Shown one piece after another: positions 29,683 through 39,675 of a DNA stretch of 64,000 bases. The notes below the pieces were generated by a model, which was given only the letters and a program-made list of their open reading frames with translations, searched no databases and had not been told where the DNA came from. The translations under genes were made by a program, and so were the position numbers. The DNA is taken from the NCBI GenBank assembly GCA_964427405.1, contig CAYRUB010000006.1, positions 15,558 to 79,557 of the forward strand. Direction: 5' to 3'. This DNA comes from an uncultured Planctomycetales bacterium (GTDB lineage: Bacteria; Omnitrophota; Gorgyraeia; Gygaellales; Profunditerraquicolaceae). How positions within the stretch are numbered: position 1 is the first letter of the stretch; each line of letters begins with the position of its first letter.

Positions 29683-31034
29683 TGCCATATGAGGGAGAAT
29701 TTGCCCAGTATCGATCTATAGCTCGAATTACTGAGAGCGAGCGAGTTAAGGGATTGTTGTCAAAATGCGATGTGCGGCTACCCCAAGATGTTGCAAAAAT
29801 AGATATCTCTTCGCTTACGGCATCTATAAAAGCAAGTAACTGGTTGCCAAGATGGATTGTTGCAGTAGATGGTAGCAAGCAAGAAGTGCCTCTTAGGAGT
29901 GGTTTTCCCGGTGCGGAAATTTCGTATCTTACAGTAGCAAGCGTTATGTTAAATGTAGAAAAAATGAGAAAGCTTGACGCTGTGCGTCCTGTTGATCCTA
30001 AAGAATTCCGGAAAATAGAACAGGCCGACTCGATTGATACTGCTTTTCCAAGTTGCAATGTAATACTCAAAGGCGAAGTTTCTGCGGAGAGTTCTTTAAG
30101 GCGAGCCTTATTTGAAACATTAAATAATGTAAAAATGACCGATGATGGAGAAAACTTGCTTGATACTTTTGAAGCATTGTTAAAATATAAAAGCGGCAAA
30201 GAACAGAAATGCCCGTATGAGGATTGCCAAAAAAAAGATCAACAATATTCCAAGAGTAACGGAAGTTACATTTGTTCGTGTAGCTTGAAGAGACAACTTT
30301 ATAGCACTGATTCATTGCGTATTCATGAGGGTATGAATTCAGCTGGAAGTAATGGTGCGATGTTTGAAGAGGTGCTTCAAGTCCTTGAACGCCTCTGGGT
30401 TATCCATATTCTGAGAACAATCGAGCATAAAAAATGGATTTCAAGTCTTAAGAGACTCGCCTTCGTTCTTGATGGTCCGCTTGCTGTTTTTGGACATCCA
30501 GCGTGGCTTAGCGAAGCGATTTATCAGGAATTGACCCGTATCAATGGCATTGCCAAAAAGATTAATGGAGAAGATATTCTTTTCGTGGGAATTGAAAAAA
30601 CAGGGTTCTTCGCAAAACATCTCGAAGACCTCGATCATCATGAAGATGGCTCGACAAATAGACTGCCAAACCAAACAGTAATTTTGTTAACAGATAACTA
30701 TATAAAGGATAATGTAATATTTTCACAAAGCGAAAAATTCTATGGTGAGCAAACTTATTTTGGACGCAAGTTTTTTTATAAAACAAAATCCGGCGCTTTG
30801 ATAGTTGCCTCTTTGCCTTTTTACTGCGAAGAGGATAAAGACCTAAATGTTGCTACTCCGGATCGATTCCCACGATTATCCGATGCTTTAAATTTGTTGG
30901 ATGAATTGGCTTCAACGCGTTATCCTAATGCCTTGATTCCTATTATTTCTGCCCATGCAGAGGCAGCAATTCCTATGAATTTAGGTAGTAGGGTTCTAGA
31001 GAAATTGGCACGGGAGTTAGTGGATAAAGTATAA
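29679..31034 (+). CDS. NurA-like nuclease
   Basis: IVAVDGSKQE (NurA motif I IDGS-like), FVLDGPLAVFG (second DG motif), FVGIEKTGF (GISKTS-like). GTGATG overlap with the upstream ATPase gene implies translational coupling. Confidence 0.5.
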   Translation: MMPYEGEFAQYRSIARITESERVKGLLSKCDVRLPQDVAKIDISSLTASIKASNWLPRWIVAVDGSKQEVPLRSGFPGAEISYLTVASVMLNVEKMRKLDAVRPVDPKEFRKIEQADSIDTAFPSCNVILKGEVSAESSLRRALFETLNNVKMTDDGENLLDTFEALLKYKSGKEQKCPYEDCQKKDQQYSKSNGSYICSCSLKRQLYSTDSLRIHEGMNSAGSNGAMFEEVLQVLERLWVIHILRTIEHKKWISSLKRLAFVLDGPLAVFGHPAWLSEAIYQELTRINGIAKKINGEDILFVGIEKTGFFAKHLEDLDHHEDGSTNRLPNQTVILLTDNYIKDNVIFSQSEKFYGEQTYFGRKFFYKTKSGALIVASLPFYCEEDKDLNVATPDRFPRLSDALNLLDELASTRYPNALIPIISAHAEAAIPMNLGSRVLEKLARELVDKV

Positions 31035-32122
31035 TGTTGAAAAAACAAAAAAAATACAATCACAGGATTGACCGTTGGGCTGCTGTTGGGCCTTACTATG
31101 CTATGTTTCCCATAGATTTTATTTTCAATGTTATTGAAAAGCATTCAAAAAATGGAGATATTGTTCTTGACCCTTTTGCCGGAAGGGCTTCAAGTATTTA
31201 TGCTGCAAGTTTACTCGGTAGAAGAGGAGTTGGCATTGAAATTAATCCTGTTGGATGGATATATGGCAAGGTAAAACTTAATCCAGCTCCTAAAAGTTAT
31301 GTTTTAAAACGACTGTTAGAAATAGATGGTTTAAAAAAACGTTACAATTCTGTTCAGAGGAACTTGCCAGAATTTTTTCGCCGTTGTTATTCACCCCAAG
31401 TTCTTTCATTTTTAATATCTGCTCGACGTAACTTAAAATGGAGAAATAATGCTGTTGATAGGACTTTAACAGCCATAATTCTTATTTATTTGCATGGGAA
31501 AATCCATCAATCACTTTCTAATCAGATGCGTCAAGGTAAAGCCATGTCCCCTCAGTACTCTGTTAAATGGTGGAAAAAGAATAAACTAAGCCCTCCTAAT
31601 ATTAATCCGGTAGATTTCTTGACGAAACGAATTGATTGGCGATATGCCAAAGGGAAGCCTAACTTTACGAAGAGCAAAATTTTGTTCGGGAATAGTGTAA
31701 AAATATTGCAAGATTTAAAAAATAGGGAGAATAAGAAATTTGGCTTACTAGTGACATCGCCTCCTTATTTTAATGTAACAAACTATTATTATGATCAATG
31801 GCTCAGGCTATGGTTATTAGGAGATCAGCGCCAACAACCTGAGAAAATGTACGCAGGTAAATTCGCATCAAAGCCAAATTATGAAAATTTGTTAAAATCA
31901 GTTTTTAAGAATTCCGCCCGTCTTATGAAAAAAAATGCAGTGATATATGTAAGAACGGATGCAAGAGATTTTACTTTGAAGACAACTATAGATGCATTGC
32001 ATGCAGCATTTCCCAAGAAAGTGCTCAAAACTTATCGGAGGCCATTTAAAAAACAGACACAAACTGCTTTGTATGGAGATAAAACTAAGAAGCCCGGAGA
32101 GGTAGATGTTATACTACGATAA
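31034..32122 (+). CDS. DNA methyltransferase (N6-adenine/N4-cytosine type; motif I before motif IV)
   Basis: Motif I VLDPFAGRASS and motif IV LLVTSPPYFNV. TAATG overlap with the NurA-like gene. Confidence 0.7.
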   Translation: MLKKQKKYNHRIDRWAAVGPYYAMFPIDFIFNVIEKHSKNGDIVLDPFAGRASSIYAASLLGRRGVGIEINPVGWIYGKVKLNPAPKSYVLKRLLEIDGLKKRYNSVQRNLPEFFRRCYSPQVLSFLISARRNLKWRNNAVDRTLTAIILIYLHGKIHQSLSNQMRQGKAMSPQYSVKWWKKNKLSPPNINPVDFLTKRIDWRYAKGKPNFTKSKILFGNSVKILQDLKNRENKKFGLLVTSPPYFNVTNYYYDQWLRLWLLGDQRQQPEKMYAGKFASKPNYENLLKSVFKNSARLMKKNAVIYVRTDARDFTLKTTIDALHAAFPKKVLKTYRRPFKKQTQTALYGDKTKKPGEVDVILR

Positions 32123-32173
32123 ATTTTTTTGGTTAAGATTACTTAAAAATTTATTTTTAAATAGGGAAATAAG

Positions 32174-33214
32174 TTGAGCATAAAATTAATTACATATAAC
32201 GATGTTCTTCAGGAGCTACCACAGACAAAATATCTACTTTTAGGCAATGGTTTTAGTATCGCCTGTAGTAAGAAGTTTGAGTATCCAAACCTATTTGAAT
32301 ATGTCAGAAAAACCAGCCTTAGTACTCATGTATTAAAAGTATTTGAATATCTGGGCACAAATAATTTTGAAGGTGTAATGCGTTTGCTTGAGGATTCCAA
32401 ATGGATAGCAAAGCACTATGGATTGGAACGCGCTAAGGGTGTAAAGGCCTCTATTTCTAAAGACTTAACATCAATAAAGAAATCTCTTGTTTCTGCTATT
32501 GCTAAAACGCATCTTCCTAATCCTGGCACCATATCTGATGATCGGAAAAATAAATGTGTTGTTTTTCTTGAGCCCTATCAGAACGTCTTTACAACTAATT
32601 ATGATTTGTTACTTTATTGGGTTGCAAATCATGGACAAGATAAATTAAAAGAGCAAGATGGTTTTAGGGCATCTATCGATGATCCAAGCGCTGCATATCT
32701 GGTTTTTAGCGAGCATCTTGGTCAAAATAAAGGTATTTTATTTTTACATGGAGCATTGCATCTTTATGTTGAAGGGGGAGAAACCCGGAAACATTCCTGG
32801 ATAAGAAGCAGTAAGTCATTAATTGAGCTAATAAAAGAAGGTTTAGAAAAAGGTCAATACCCGCTTTTTGTTGCGGAAGGAAAAGCAGATAAAAAAATGG
32901 CTCAGATTCAAAGAAGTGGGTATTTATTTTATTGCTTAGGGAAGCTTGAGCGTATTGCAAGCCCATTGGTAGTTTATGGTTTGTCTTTCAGTGAGAATGA
33001 TCAACATATTATTAATGCGATTGCCGATAATCGTAATCTCGATCGTGTTTTTATAGGTTTACATGGGAAGATAGATAGTCGTACTAATAAGCAAATTATA
33101 CATATCGGTGACTGGATGATGAAAAGGCGCAAAGAATATATAACCAAAGGACGGAAAGCAAAGGAGCTCAATATTAGTTATTTCAGATCTGATACAGCTC
33201 CGGTTTGGGATTAA
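32174..33214 (+). CDS. SIR2-like (SIR2_2/DUF4917-like) protein, paralog A (TTG start)
   Basis: N-terminal LLLGNGFSIA (GxGxS Rossmann motif of SIR2_2). C-terminal VVYGLSFSENDQH, related to GYSxPDAD of the two paralogs. Confidence 0.5.
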   Translation: MSIKLITYNDVLQELPQTKYLLLGNGFSIACSKKFEYPNLFEYVRKTSLSTHVLKVFEYLGTNNFEGVMRLLEDSKWIAKHYGLERAKGVKASISKDLTSIKKSLVSAIAKTHLPNPGTISDDRKNKCVVFLEPYQNVFTTNYDLLLYWVANHGQDKLKEQDGFRASIDDPSAAYLVFSEHLGQNKGILFLHGALHLYVEGGETRKHSWIRSSKSLIELIKEGLEKGQYPLFVAEGKADKKMAQIQRSGYLFYCLGKLERIASPLVVYGLSFSENDQHIINAIADNRNLDRVFIGLHGKIDSRTNKQIIHIGDWMMKRRKEYITKGRKAKELNISYFRSDTAPVWD

Positions 33215-33220
33215 TAAAAA

Positions 33221-34303
33221 ATGGTAGAGGATATTATTTTCTTAGGAGCTGGTGCTTCAAGGGCAGAAGGCGCGCCTTTGCAGGCCGATTTATTTAAAGA
33301 ATATTTCAAATTGTGTAAACCTACTTTAGATAGCAGGCCGGGTGAGAAGACTTTATACAATCGAATGCGTAAATTTTTCTCTGATTTCTTTGGAATCAAT
33401 ATTAATATCGATAATCTGGATAAAGTTTCTTTTCCTACCTTTGAAGAAGCCCTAGGAATTTTAGAAATAGCTATAAGAAGAGAAGAACTCTTTAGGGGAT
33501 GGATATCAGCCTCAGCTAATTCAGACATAAAGATACAGCGTTATAGACAGAGTTTGATTTATCTTATTGGTACTGTTCTTGAGCGTGCCCTCCGAGGAAA
33601 AGCTACTTATCATCGAAGATTAGTGCAGCAATTACAGAACCAAAAAAGGCTTATCCAGACAGCTTTTATCAGTGTGAATTATGAAATATTAATCGACAAT
33701 GCCATAATGGAGTCTGAGCATATTGATTATGGAGTGCCTACTCTAAAAAGTCAAAATCCTTATTCAGAGCATTTGATGATACCTAACAAAGAGCCTATTT
33801 GCGTATATAAATTGCATGGTTCGCTAAATTGGCTTTACTGTCCGACTTGTATTTCATTAACTATTACTCCATTTACTAAGTCGGGAGCTGAGCTTGTTCA
33901 TGAATCTAAACTATGTGAAAAATGCATGAGTAAGGTAGTTCCGATAATTGTTCCACCCACTTTCTTTAAGGTTATGTCGAACCACTTTTTAGAGCAGATA
34001 TGGTATAAAACCGATGAGCTTTTAAGAACTGCTAGAAGAATCATTTTTTGCGGTTATTCCTTTCCAGATGCCGATATTCATATTAGATATTTGCTGAAGA
34101 GAGCAGAGCTATATCAAACTCGCGGATTAGAAATTTATGTGATTAATTATCATAACTCTAAAACCGTAGAAGAAGCTCGAAACGAAGTAAACCGATACAA
34201 ACGTTTCTTCAAAAATAAAGGGTCAGTTCATTATTTGCAAGGTTCGTTTGAGCAGTTTTGTGAATCTGGTAAGCCCGACATGCCCGAATTTGAATTCACC
34301 TAA
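33221..34303 (+). CDS. SIR2-like protein with Zn-ribbon insert, paralog B
   Basis: IIFLGAGASRAEGAP N-terminus, HGSLNWLYCPTC...CEKC zinc-ribbon, FCGYSFPDADIH C-terminal motif. Confidence 0.6.
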   Translation: MVEDIIFLGAGASRAEGAPLQADLFKEYFKLCKPTLDSRPGEKTLYNRMRKFFSDFFGININIDNLDKVSFPTFEEALGILEIAIRREELFRGWISASANSDIKIQRYRQSLIYLIGTVLERALRGKATYHRRLVQQLQNQKRLIQTAFISVNYEILIDNAIMESEHIDYGVPTLKSQNPYSEHLMIPNKEPICVYKLHGSLNWLYCPTCISLTITPFTKSGAELVHESKLCEKCMSKVVPIIVPPTFFKVMSNHFLEQIWYKTDELLRTARRIIFCGYSFPDADIHIRYLLKRAELYQTRGLEIYVINYHNSKTVEEARNEVNRYKRFFKNKGSVHYLQGSFEQFCESGKPDMPEFEFT

Positions 34304-34367
34304 ATCAGAGTCTGGTCTTGATTATATGTCCCGCAACCATAAGCCCTGTCAAAAAGAATAAATTATC

Positions 34368-34396
34368 TTGACAAAGCTAAAATGATTGTGTATACT
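34368..34396 (+). promoter_or_regulatory. Sigma70-like promoter TTGACA-17-TATACT
   Basis: Near-consensus -35/-10 pair with 17-nt spacing, 18 nt upstream of the ORF at 34414. Confidence 0.45.
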
Positions 34397-34413
34397 CTCT
34401 ATAGGTAAACATT

Positions 34414-35124
34414 ATGCAGACCACAGAATCCTTATGGAATACCTTAATACTCTATGAAGACCTTTTAGAGCACCTCCGCTTGAAGGGTAAGGACAAGAAC
34501 TGGTTTGATACGATCCGCACAAGATACGATATGCGTCATGAGCCGATCATCAAGCCATATGATAAGCTTATTGCATCTGGCAGAAAGAGTAAGCACGGCC
34601 GCCGGGTTTTTTACTTACAAGCTATTCTGCCATATCTTGATGAGATAATAGATCTGCATGATAAAGGCGACCTTACCTATCCAGAAATCAAAAAAAAGAT
34701 GCAAGATAAAACAGATGTTCTTAAAAGGCTGCGCGATGCGGATCTTAATGTTGACGAACAGATGGAACCTGAGAGCTTCTTTATCGATTTCCAGACAGCC
34801 AAGGCAAAGCTAGGCAGTTTCTATGGCTGGGGTGATGATTCGCAGGATATCAAGCTATTAAATCACGTATATCAGACTCGCTGCGAAGAGGGGAAGCGGT
34901 ATTTTGAATTGACCAAGAAAATACAGTGCTTGATCGCGGAAGGCCATAAAGCAGAGGTAGAGAGGCTAAAGGAAGAGCGGGACAAAGTCGGCGATACTCT
35001 TAATTACTGCAGGGCGATAATGCTTGCTTCAATAGAGCATTGCGCCGATCTTATAAAAAAGAAAAAGATAGAGATTAGAGAGGAGGATAAAGAGCATGCG
35101 CGATCCGCAGTATTAGAAGGATAG
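34414..35124 (+). CDS. Hypothetical protein (236 aa, charged/helical)
   Basis: Clean ORF with its own promoter; no recognisable domain. Confidence 0.4.
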   Translation: MQTTESLWNTLILYEDLLEHLRLKGKDKNWFDTIRTRYDMRHEPIIKPYDKLIASGRKSKHGRRVFYLQAILPYLDEIIDLHDKGDLTYPEIKKKMQDKTDVLKRLRDADLNVDEQMEPESFFIDFQTAKAKLGSFYGWGDDSQDIKLLNHVYQTRCEEGKRYFELTKKIQCLIAEGHKAEVERLKEERDKVGDTLNYCRAIMLASIEHCADLIKKKKIEIREEDKEHARSAVLEG

Positions 35125-35187
35125 TTTTTTTTGCCTATAAATGATTATGTAAATATAATTAGATAGACAAATAAAGGGAGGAGATAT

Positions 35188-35514
35188 ATGGAAGACAGAA
35201 TTAAAATCAGCTGGTGTAGAAGACTAGAACAATGGCTTGACGGTATGCCATTTGAAGAGAAGCTAAAAACGCTAGAACATGGAAGGCTGCTAACCTGTCT
35301 ATGTTGCGGGTTTACTGTTTTTGATAAGGAGAAGCCAGAGGACAGGATACAAAGGAAATGCGTAGCAGGTAGTCGTGATCATGCGTTCATGGAAAGCGAG
35401 TATTATATTATTCTCAAGCGAGGATTCTCGGGAATAGTTGATATGGTGAATTATAATCCTCCTGAAACATCGGAAGATGCCGTAGTTCGATATTTTAAAA
35501 GCAAAAGAAAATAG
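35188..35514 (+). CDS. Hypothetical protein (108 aa; Cys-containing)
   Basis: ORF with GGGAGG RBS; no recognisable domain. Confidence 0.35.
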   Translation: MEDRIKISWCRRLEQWLDGMPFEEKLKTLEHGRLLTCLCCGFTVFDKEKPEDRIQRKCVAGSRDHAFMESEYYIILKRGFSGIVDMVNYNPPETSEDAVVRYFKSKRK

Positions 35515-35550
35515 GAAACATATCAATTAACCATGACCATGGAGGTGTTT

Positions 35551-36825
35551 ATGGACATCAGAAAGATTAAGATTGAGGCGATTAATCCGGCGCCGTATAA
35601 TCCGCGTAAAGATCTTAAACCGGGAGACCCTGAGTATGAGAGCTTGAAGAAAAGCATACTTACGCATGGTTGTGTGCAGTTGCTTGTTTGGAATATCCGC
35701 ACAGGCAATCTTGCCGGCGGGCATCAGACATTTAAGGTGCAGCTTGAGCTTGGCGTAAAGGAAGTTCAGGTGTGCGTTGTTGATTTGTCTCTTGAGCAAG
35801 AAAAGGCGCTAAATATCGCCCTCAATAAAATTCAGGGAAGTTGGGACAATGAAAAACTCGCAGCGCTTTTAGATGAATTAACGAAAATACCGAATTTTGA
35901 TACAACCGTTACGGGCTTTAATGCCGTAGAGATTGGGCAGATTTTTGACCGCTACCAAGAACCTAAGGACGTGGATGACTATGATTTTCAATCGGCCCTG
36001 GATGATATTGTAGAACCAGTGACAAAAAGAGGCCAGGTAATTACGCTCGGCGAAAGGCATAAAGTTATGTGTGGAGATGCGACGAGTAAAGAGGATCTTA
36101 ATATACTTCTCCAAGGAGAGAAAGTTGCTCTTTTGGACATTGATTGGCCCTATAACGTAAATTATATGGGAGGAAGCTGCCCGCGTTCTGATACTCGTCC
36201 TAAGGGGTCTCGTAAATGGGACGCTATTTATTCAGACAATATGCCGCAAAATGAATATGAAGCATTCATGCTGAAGGTTCTTGTTAATATAAAACCTTAC
36301 TTAAATCCCGGCGCAGCTTTCTATCAGTGGCAAGCACATCGACAGCTTGGTCCGCTTTATCAGATTCTTACTCAACTTGATTTTCATGTTTCCTGCCTTA
36401 TCTGTTGGGCTAAAGAGTCAGCTGCAATATCTTATGCGGACTATAGTTTCCAGACAGAACAGGCGGTTTATGGATTTTTGAAAGGACAAAGTCACTATTT
36501 CGCAGGGAAGCCAGGCGAGTCGAATTTGTGGCAGGTAAATCGTGATTCTACTAAACTTTATTTGCATCCATGCCAGAAGCCAGCAATTTTAGCCGAACGC
36601 GCAATCAAAAATTCATCAAGACGTAATGATATAGTTCTCGATGTTTTTTTAGGATCAGGATCTGTTTTGATTGCTGCAGAAAACCTTGACCGGCGTTGTT
36701 TTGGGATGGAGCTTGATCCGCGCTATTGTGATGCGATTGTTAGGAGATATATTGCTTTCGTAGGCGTAGATAAGGTTTCGGAAGATTTGCGTAAGAAATA
36801 TCACAAGGAGGTTTCCAATGGATGA
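35551..36825 (+). CDS. ParB-like nuclease domain fused to beta-class DNA methyltransferase (phage-type ParB-MTase)
   Basis: N-terminal ParB/Srx-like region (KIKIEAINPAPYNPRK). MTase motif IV (DWPY-like) precedes motif I (VLDVFLGSGS). Start chosen at MDIRKI after GGAGG. Confidence 0.7.
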   Translation: MDIRKIKIEAINPAPYNPRKDLKPGDPEYESLKKSILTHGCVQLLVWNIRTGNLAGGHQTFKVQLELGVKEVQVCVVDLSLEQEKALNIALNKIQGSWDNEKLAALLDELTKIPNFDTTVTGFNAVEIGQIFDRYQEPKDVDDYDFQSALDDIVEPVTKRGQVITLGERHKVMCGDATSKEDLNILLQGEKVALLDIDWPYNVNYMGGSCPRSDTRPKGSRKWDAIYSDNMPQNEYEAFMLKVLVNIKPYLNPGAAFYQWQAHRQLGPLYQILTQLDFHVSCLICWAKESAAISYADYSFQTEQAVYGFLKGQSHYFAGKPGESNLWQVNRDSTKLYLHPCQKPAILAERAIKNSSRRNDIVLDVFLGSGSVLIAAENLDRRCFGMELDPRYCDAIVRRYIAFVGVDKVSEDLRKKYHKEVSNG

Positions 36826-37498
36826 TAGTAAATCAATATATGACGATGAAGAGCCTATTCTTTCTCTTATTCAGCAAATCAAAGATGGTACCTTAAATCC
36901 TAAAACTTTACCTAGGGAAAAAAGACAGTGGTGTGTAGAGTTTCTTTCTAGCGAAGGCTATACAGAGGCGCAGATTGCACAAGTAATAATGAGAGCCGAG
37001 AAAACTGTGTATCGTGATTTGATAGAGATACAGGATCGTAATGCCATGACGCCGGATATTAATTCGGCTAAACGCATTGTAGGAAATATGTTTCAGAAGG
37101 CTATGACACATCATAAGTATCTAATGCGACTTGCGCGCAACCCAGATGCTTCTAATGGAGAAAAAACTCAATCGGAGTTTCTGGCGTGGCGCGTTTTAAA
37201 GGAGGTGGTAGAAAAAATGCAAACATTAGGGTATCTTCCCCTGAAGCCTCAGGAGATTGTAGAAGATATTTTTCATCACGTAACAAATGGGAATGGTGAG
37301 GAAGGAATTACTGAAGCTAAAAATATGATAGGTGAGATTGAGCGCGCAGCAAAAGAAGCCGGAACGCTTGATCTAGAGACCGAAGAGAAGATTAGGGCTA
37401 TAAGGACAAAGATTGAGCAAGTAGAGATTAATCAGGAAATAAATAAACTCAAGAATAAAGAAAATAAACCAAATGACACAAAAGGAGACTCAAAATGA
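36818..37498 (+). CDS. Putative terminase small subunit / DNA-binding protein
   Basis: 226 aa; HTH-like AQIAQVIMRAEKTVYRDL; position immediately upstream of and overlapping terminase large subunit. Confidence 0.35.
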   Translation: MDDSKSIYDDEEPILSLIQQIKDGTLNPKTLPREKRQWCVEFLSSEGYTEAQIAQVIMRAEKTVYRDLIEIQDRNAMTPDINSAKRIVGNMFQKAMTHHKYLMRLARNPDASNGEKTQSEFLAWRVLKEVVEKMQTLGYLPLKPQEIVEDIFHHVTNGNGEEGITEAKNMIGEIERAAKEAGTLDLETEEKIRAIRTKIEQVEINQEINKLKNKENKPNDTKGDSK

Positions 37499-39126
37499 AA
37501 AATAATATCGTAAGTGACCTATCAAGGCTAAGAAGGCAGGAAGGCAGCAAGTCGCTGCTTGCGTTCGCAAAGTTATATATGAAGCATCATTTAGAATGCG
37601 AGCTATCCCCGGCTCATCTTGAAATATACCGTATTCTTGGTACAGCAACTACCGAGAGAGGTAAAAAGATTGCCATCGCCGCACCGCGCGATTTCGGAAA
37701 AAGCACTATGGTTACCTTAATTTACATGGTTTACAGTATTTGTTATTCGAAAGAGAAATTTATTGTGATTATTTCGAATACAGCTTCACAGGCAAACCAG
37801 ATATTAGATAACATCAAAAAGGAGCTAACGGAAAATGAATTGCTAAAGCTGGACTTTCCGGAAGTATTTGAATCAAATGGTAAATTTAAATTGTTGCGCT
37901 GGAGGCAGTCAGATATAATCACCCGCAATAAGGTTTTGGTTTTAGCATTAGGTTCAGGTCAGCAGATACGCGGACGCAGATTCGGAGTCGCCCGCCCGAC
38001 TTTAGTTGTGGCTGATGATTTGGAGGATTCCGAGAATACCTTTGGAAAAGAATCGCGAGATAAGATGCAAGACTGGTATGAAAAGTCGGTTTTAAAGGTA
38101 GGTTCGGAGGATACCAATTATATTTTCATTGGTAACCTTTATCATCCCTATAGTTTACTAAGCGAGTATGTTTGTCCGGATAAGTATCCAACGTGGATTA
38201 AGAGGGTGTATTCCGCCATTGTAGTTTGGCCTAGACGTATGGATCTTTGGGAGGATAAATGGGCTAACATATACAACCATAAGATAGAATTCAATGGGGC
38301 GAGCGGCCCTGTGGTAGCTTATCAATATTATCAAGAGAATCAAATAGCGATGGACGAAGGAACTGAGCTTCTCTGGAATGCGCGATACAGCTTGCACAAG
38401 CTAATGGGAATACGGCAAGAAAATGAGCTTAGTTTTCTCTCTGAATTTCAAAATACGCCAGTTAATCTCAGGGATTGCCTTCTTGACATAGACAATATCG
38501 TATACTGGGATACATCCGAGCGATCCGTTGATGACCTGCTAAAGTCATTAGGTGATAACGTAAGGTTTTATGGCGCATGCGATCCGAGCCTTGGGTTAAG
38601 CACGGTTAAGGGGGATTTTTCGGCTATTATCGTATTGGCAAAAGACGAAGCCTCTAAGACGCTATATATCATAGTAGCCGACATAGAGCGCCGGCCAATT
38701 GAAAAAATAGTTGATGATATTTTAGCTTATTCCCTGAGGTATAAATTTATTAAGTTTGGAATAGAGGGTAATCATTTCCAGCGAGTTCTTGTTGATTTAG
38801 TTAAGGAAAAGGGGGAGAAGGCAGGACTTTATATCCAGCTTGAGACAGTGATCAATAAGGATGACAAGATTGCGAGGATTCAGTCTTTGCGGACGTGTTT
38901 AAAAAGTGGGAACTTACAATTTAGCAAGAAACATAGACAACTTCTGGAGGAGTGCAGATATTTTCCGAAAGGCAAGCACGATGACGGATTGGATGCTTTA
39001 GAGATGGTAGTGAATCTATCTAATGATAATGGGTTTTCGTTCTGGTTTGCCGGCAGCACAAGGCCAAAGCCTTTCAGTGATGACGAAATAGGTCCCTATG
39101 GATACCGCGGATGGGGAAGAAGGTGA
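37495..39126 (+). CDS. Phage terminase large subunit
   Basis: ATPase P-loop IAIAAPRDFGKST, Walker B LVVADDLEDSEN, C-terminal RNase-H-like nuclease (YGACDPSLG...IIVLA...DDGLDALEM). Confidence 0.8.
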   Translation: MKNNIVSDLSRLRRQEGSKSLLAFAKLYMKHHLECELSPAHLEIYRILGTATTERGKKIAIAAPRDFGKSTMVTLIYMVYSICYSKEKFIVIISNTASQANQILDNIKKELTENELLKLDFPEVFESNGKFKLLRWRQSDIITRNKVLVLALGSGQQIRGRRFGVARPTLVVADDLEDSENTFGKESRDKMQDWYEKSVLKVGSEDTNYIFIGNLYHPYSLLSEYVCPDKYPTWIKRVYSAIVVWPRRMDLWEDKWANIYNHKIEFNGASGPVVAYQYYQENQIAMDEGTELLWNARYSLHKLMGIRQENELSFLSEFQNTPVNLRDCLLDIDNIVYWDTSERSVDDLLKSLGDNVRFYGACDPSLGLSTVKGDFSAIIVLAKDEASKTLYIIVADIERRPIEKIVDDILAYSLRYKFIKFGIEGNHFQRVLVDLVKEKGEKAGLYIQLETVINKDDKIARIQSLRTCLKSGNLQFSKKHRQLLEECRYFPKGKHDDGLDALEMVVNLSNDNGFSFWFAGSTRPKPFSDDEIGPYGYRGWGRR

Positions 39127-39325
39127 CATCTGCTTTTACGTAATTAATTTCTAAGATCTAGCAATTTAGAAATATTATTATTGAACGCCTTACTGAGTCT
39201 TCCCAAGTGTCAATTTTGAAGGCAGGAGATTAGGATAGGGTAATGTTAAGACAAGAAACGCCACGATTAATAATCGTGGCGTTTCTGTTTAATAAATGGC
39301 TTTGTTAATTTAGATAAGAATAAAT

Positions 39326-39613
39326 TTATTTGAAATCCAGTAATTTCGAGAGTGGGATATTAAACGCTTTCGCAAGCTTTTGAAGGGTATCTATCTTTGC
39401 GGCAGAAGGGTGTTTACTTTCTAGTAATTGGATGTGCTTGTAATCAATATTAGAAAGCTCCGAAAGCTTCTGTTGTGTATATTTATATTTCTTTCTAAGT
39501 TGCTTCAATCTAGTTGCTAATTTAAGTCTTACTTCATTCTCCATAATTAGAATTATCTCATATCTTTGTTCCCCTTTACACCGTGTGCATACGGTGATAT
39601 AATTAATTTTCAC
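39326..39613 (-). CDS. XRE-family HTH transcriptional regulator (likely true start at internal MENEVRL, ~39541)
   Basis: LKQLRKKYKYTQQKLSELSNIDYKHIQLLE HTH_3 motif. Confidence 0.65.
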   Translation of the reverse strand: MKINYITVCTRCKGEQRYEIILIMENEVRLKLATRLKQLRKKYKYTQQKLSELSNIDYKHIQLLESKHPSAAKIDTLQKLAKAFNIPLSKLLDFK

Positions 39614-39675
39614 TTGCTATTTAACATGATTTATGGCAATGATTACCATGAGAGGAACTTATACCGGAGGTGACC

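Noticed and set aside
29645-30199. 184-aa minus-strand ORF
   Set aside because: Antisense within the NurA-like gene; no RBS or domain.
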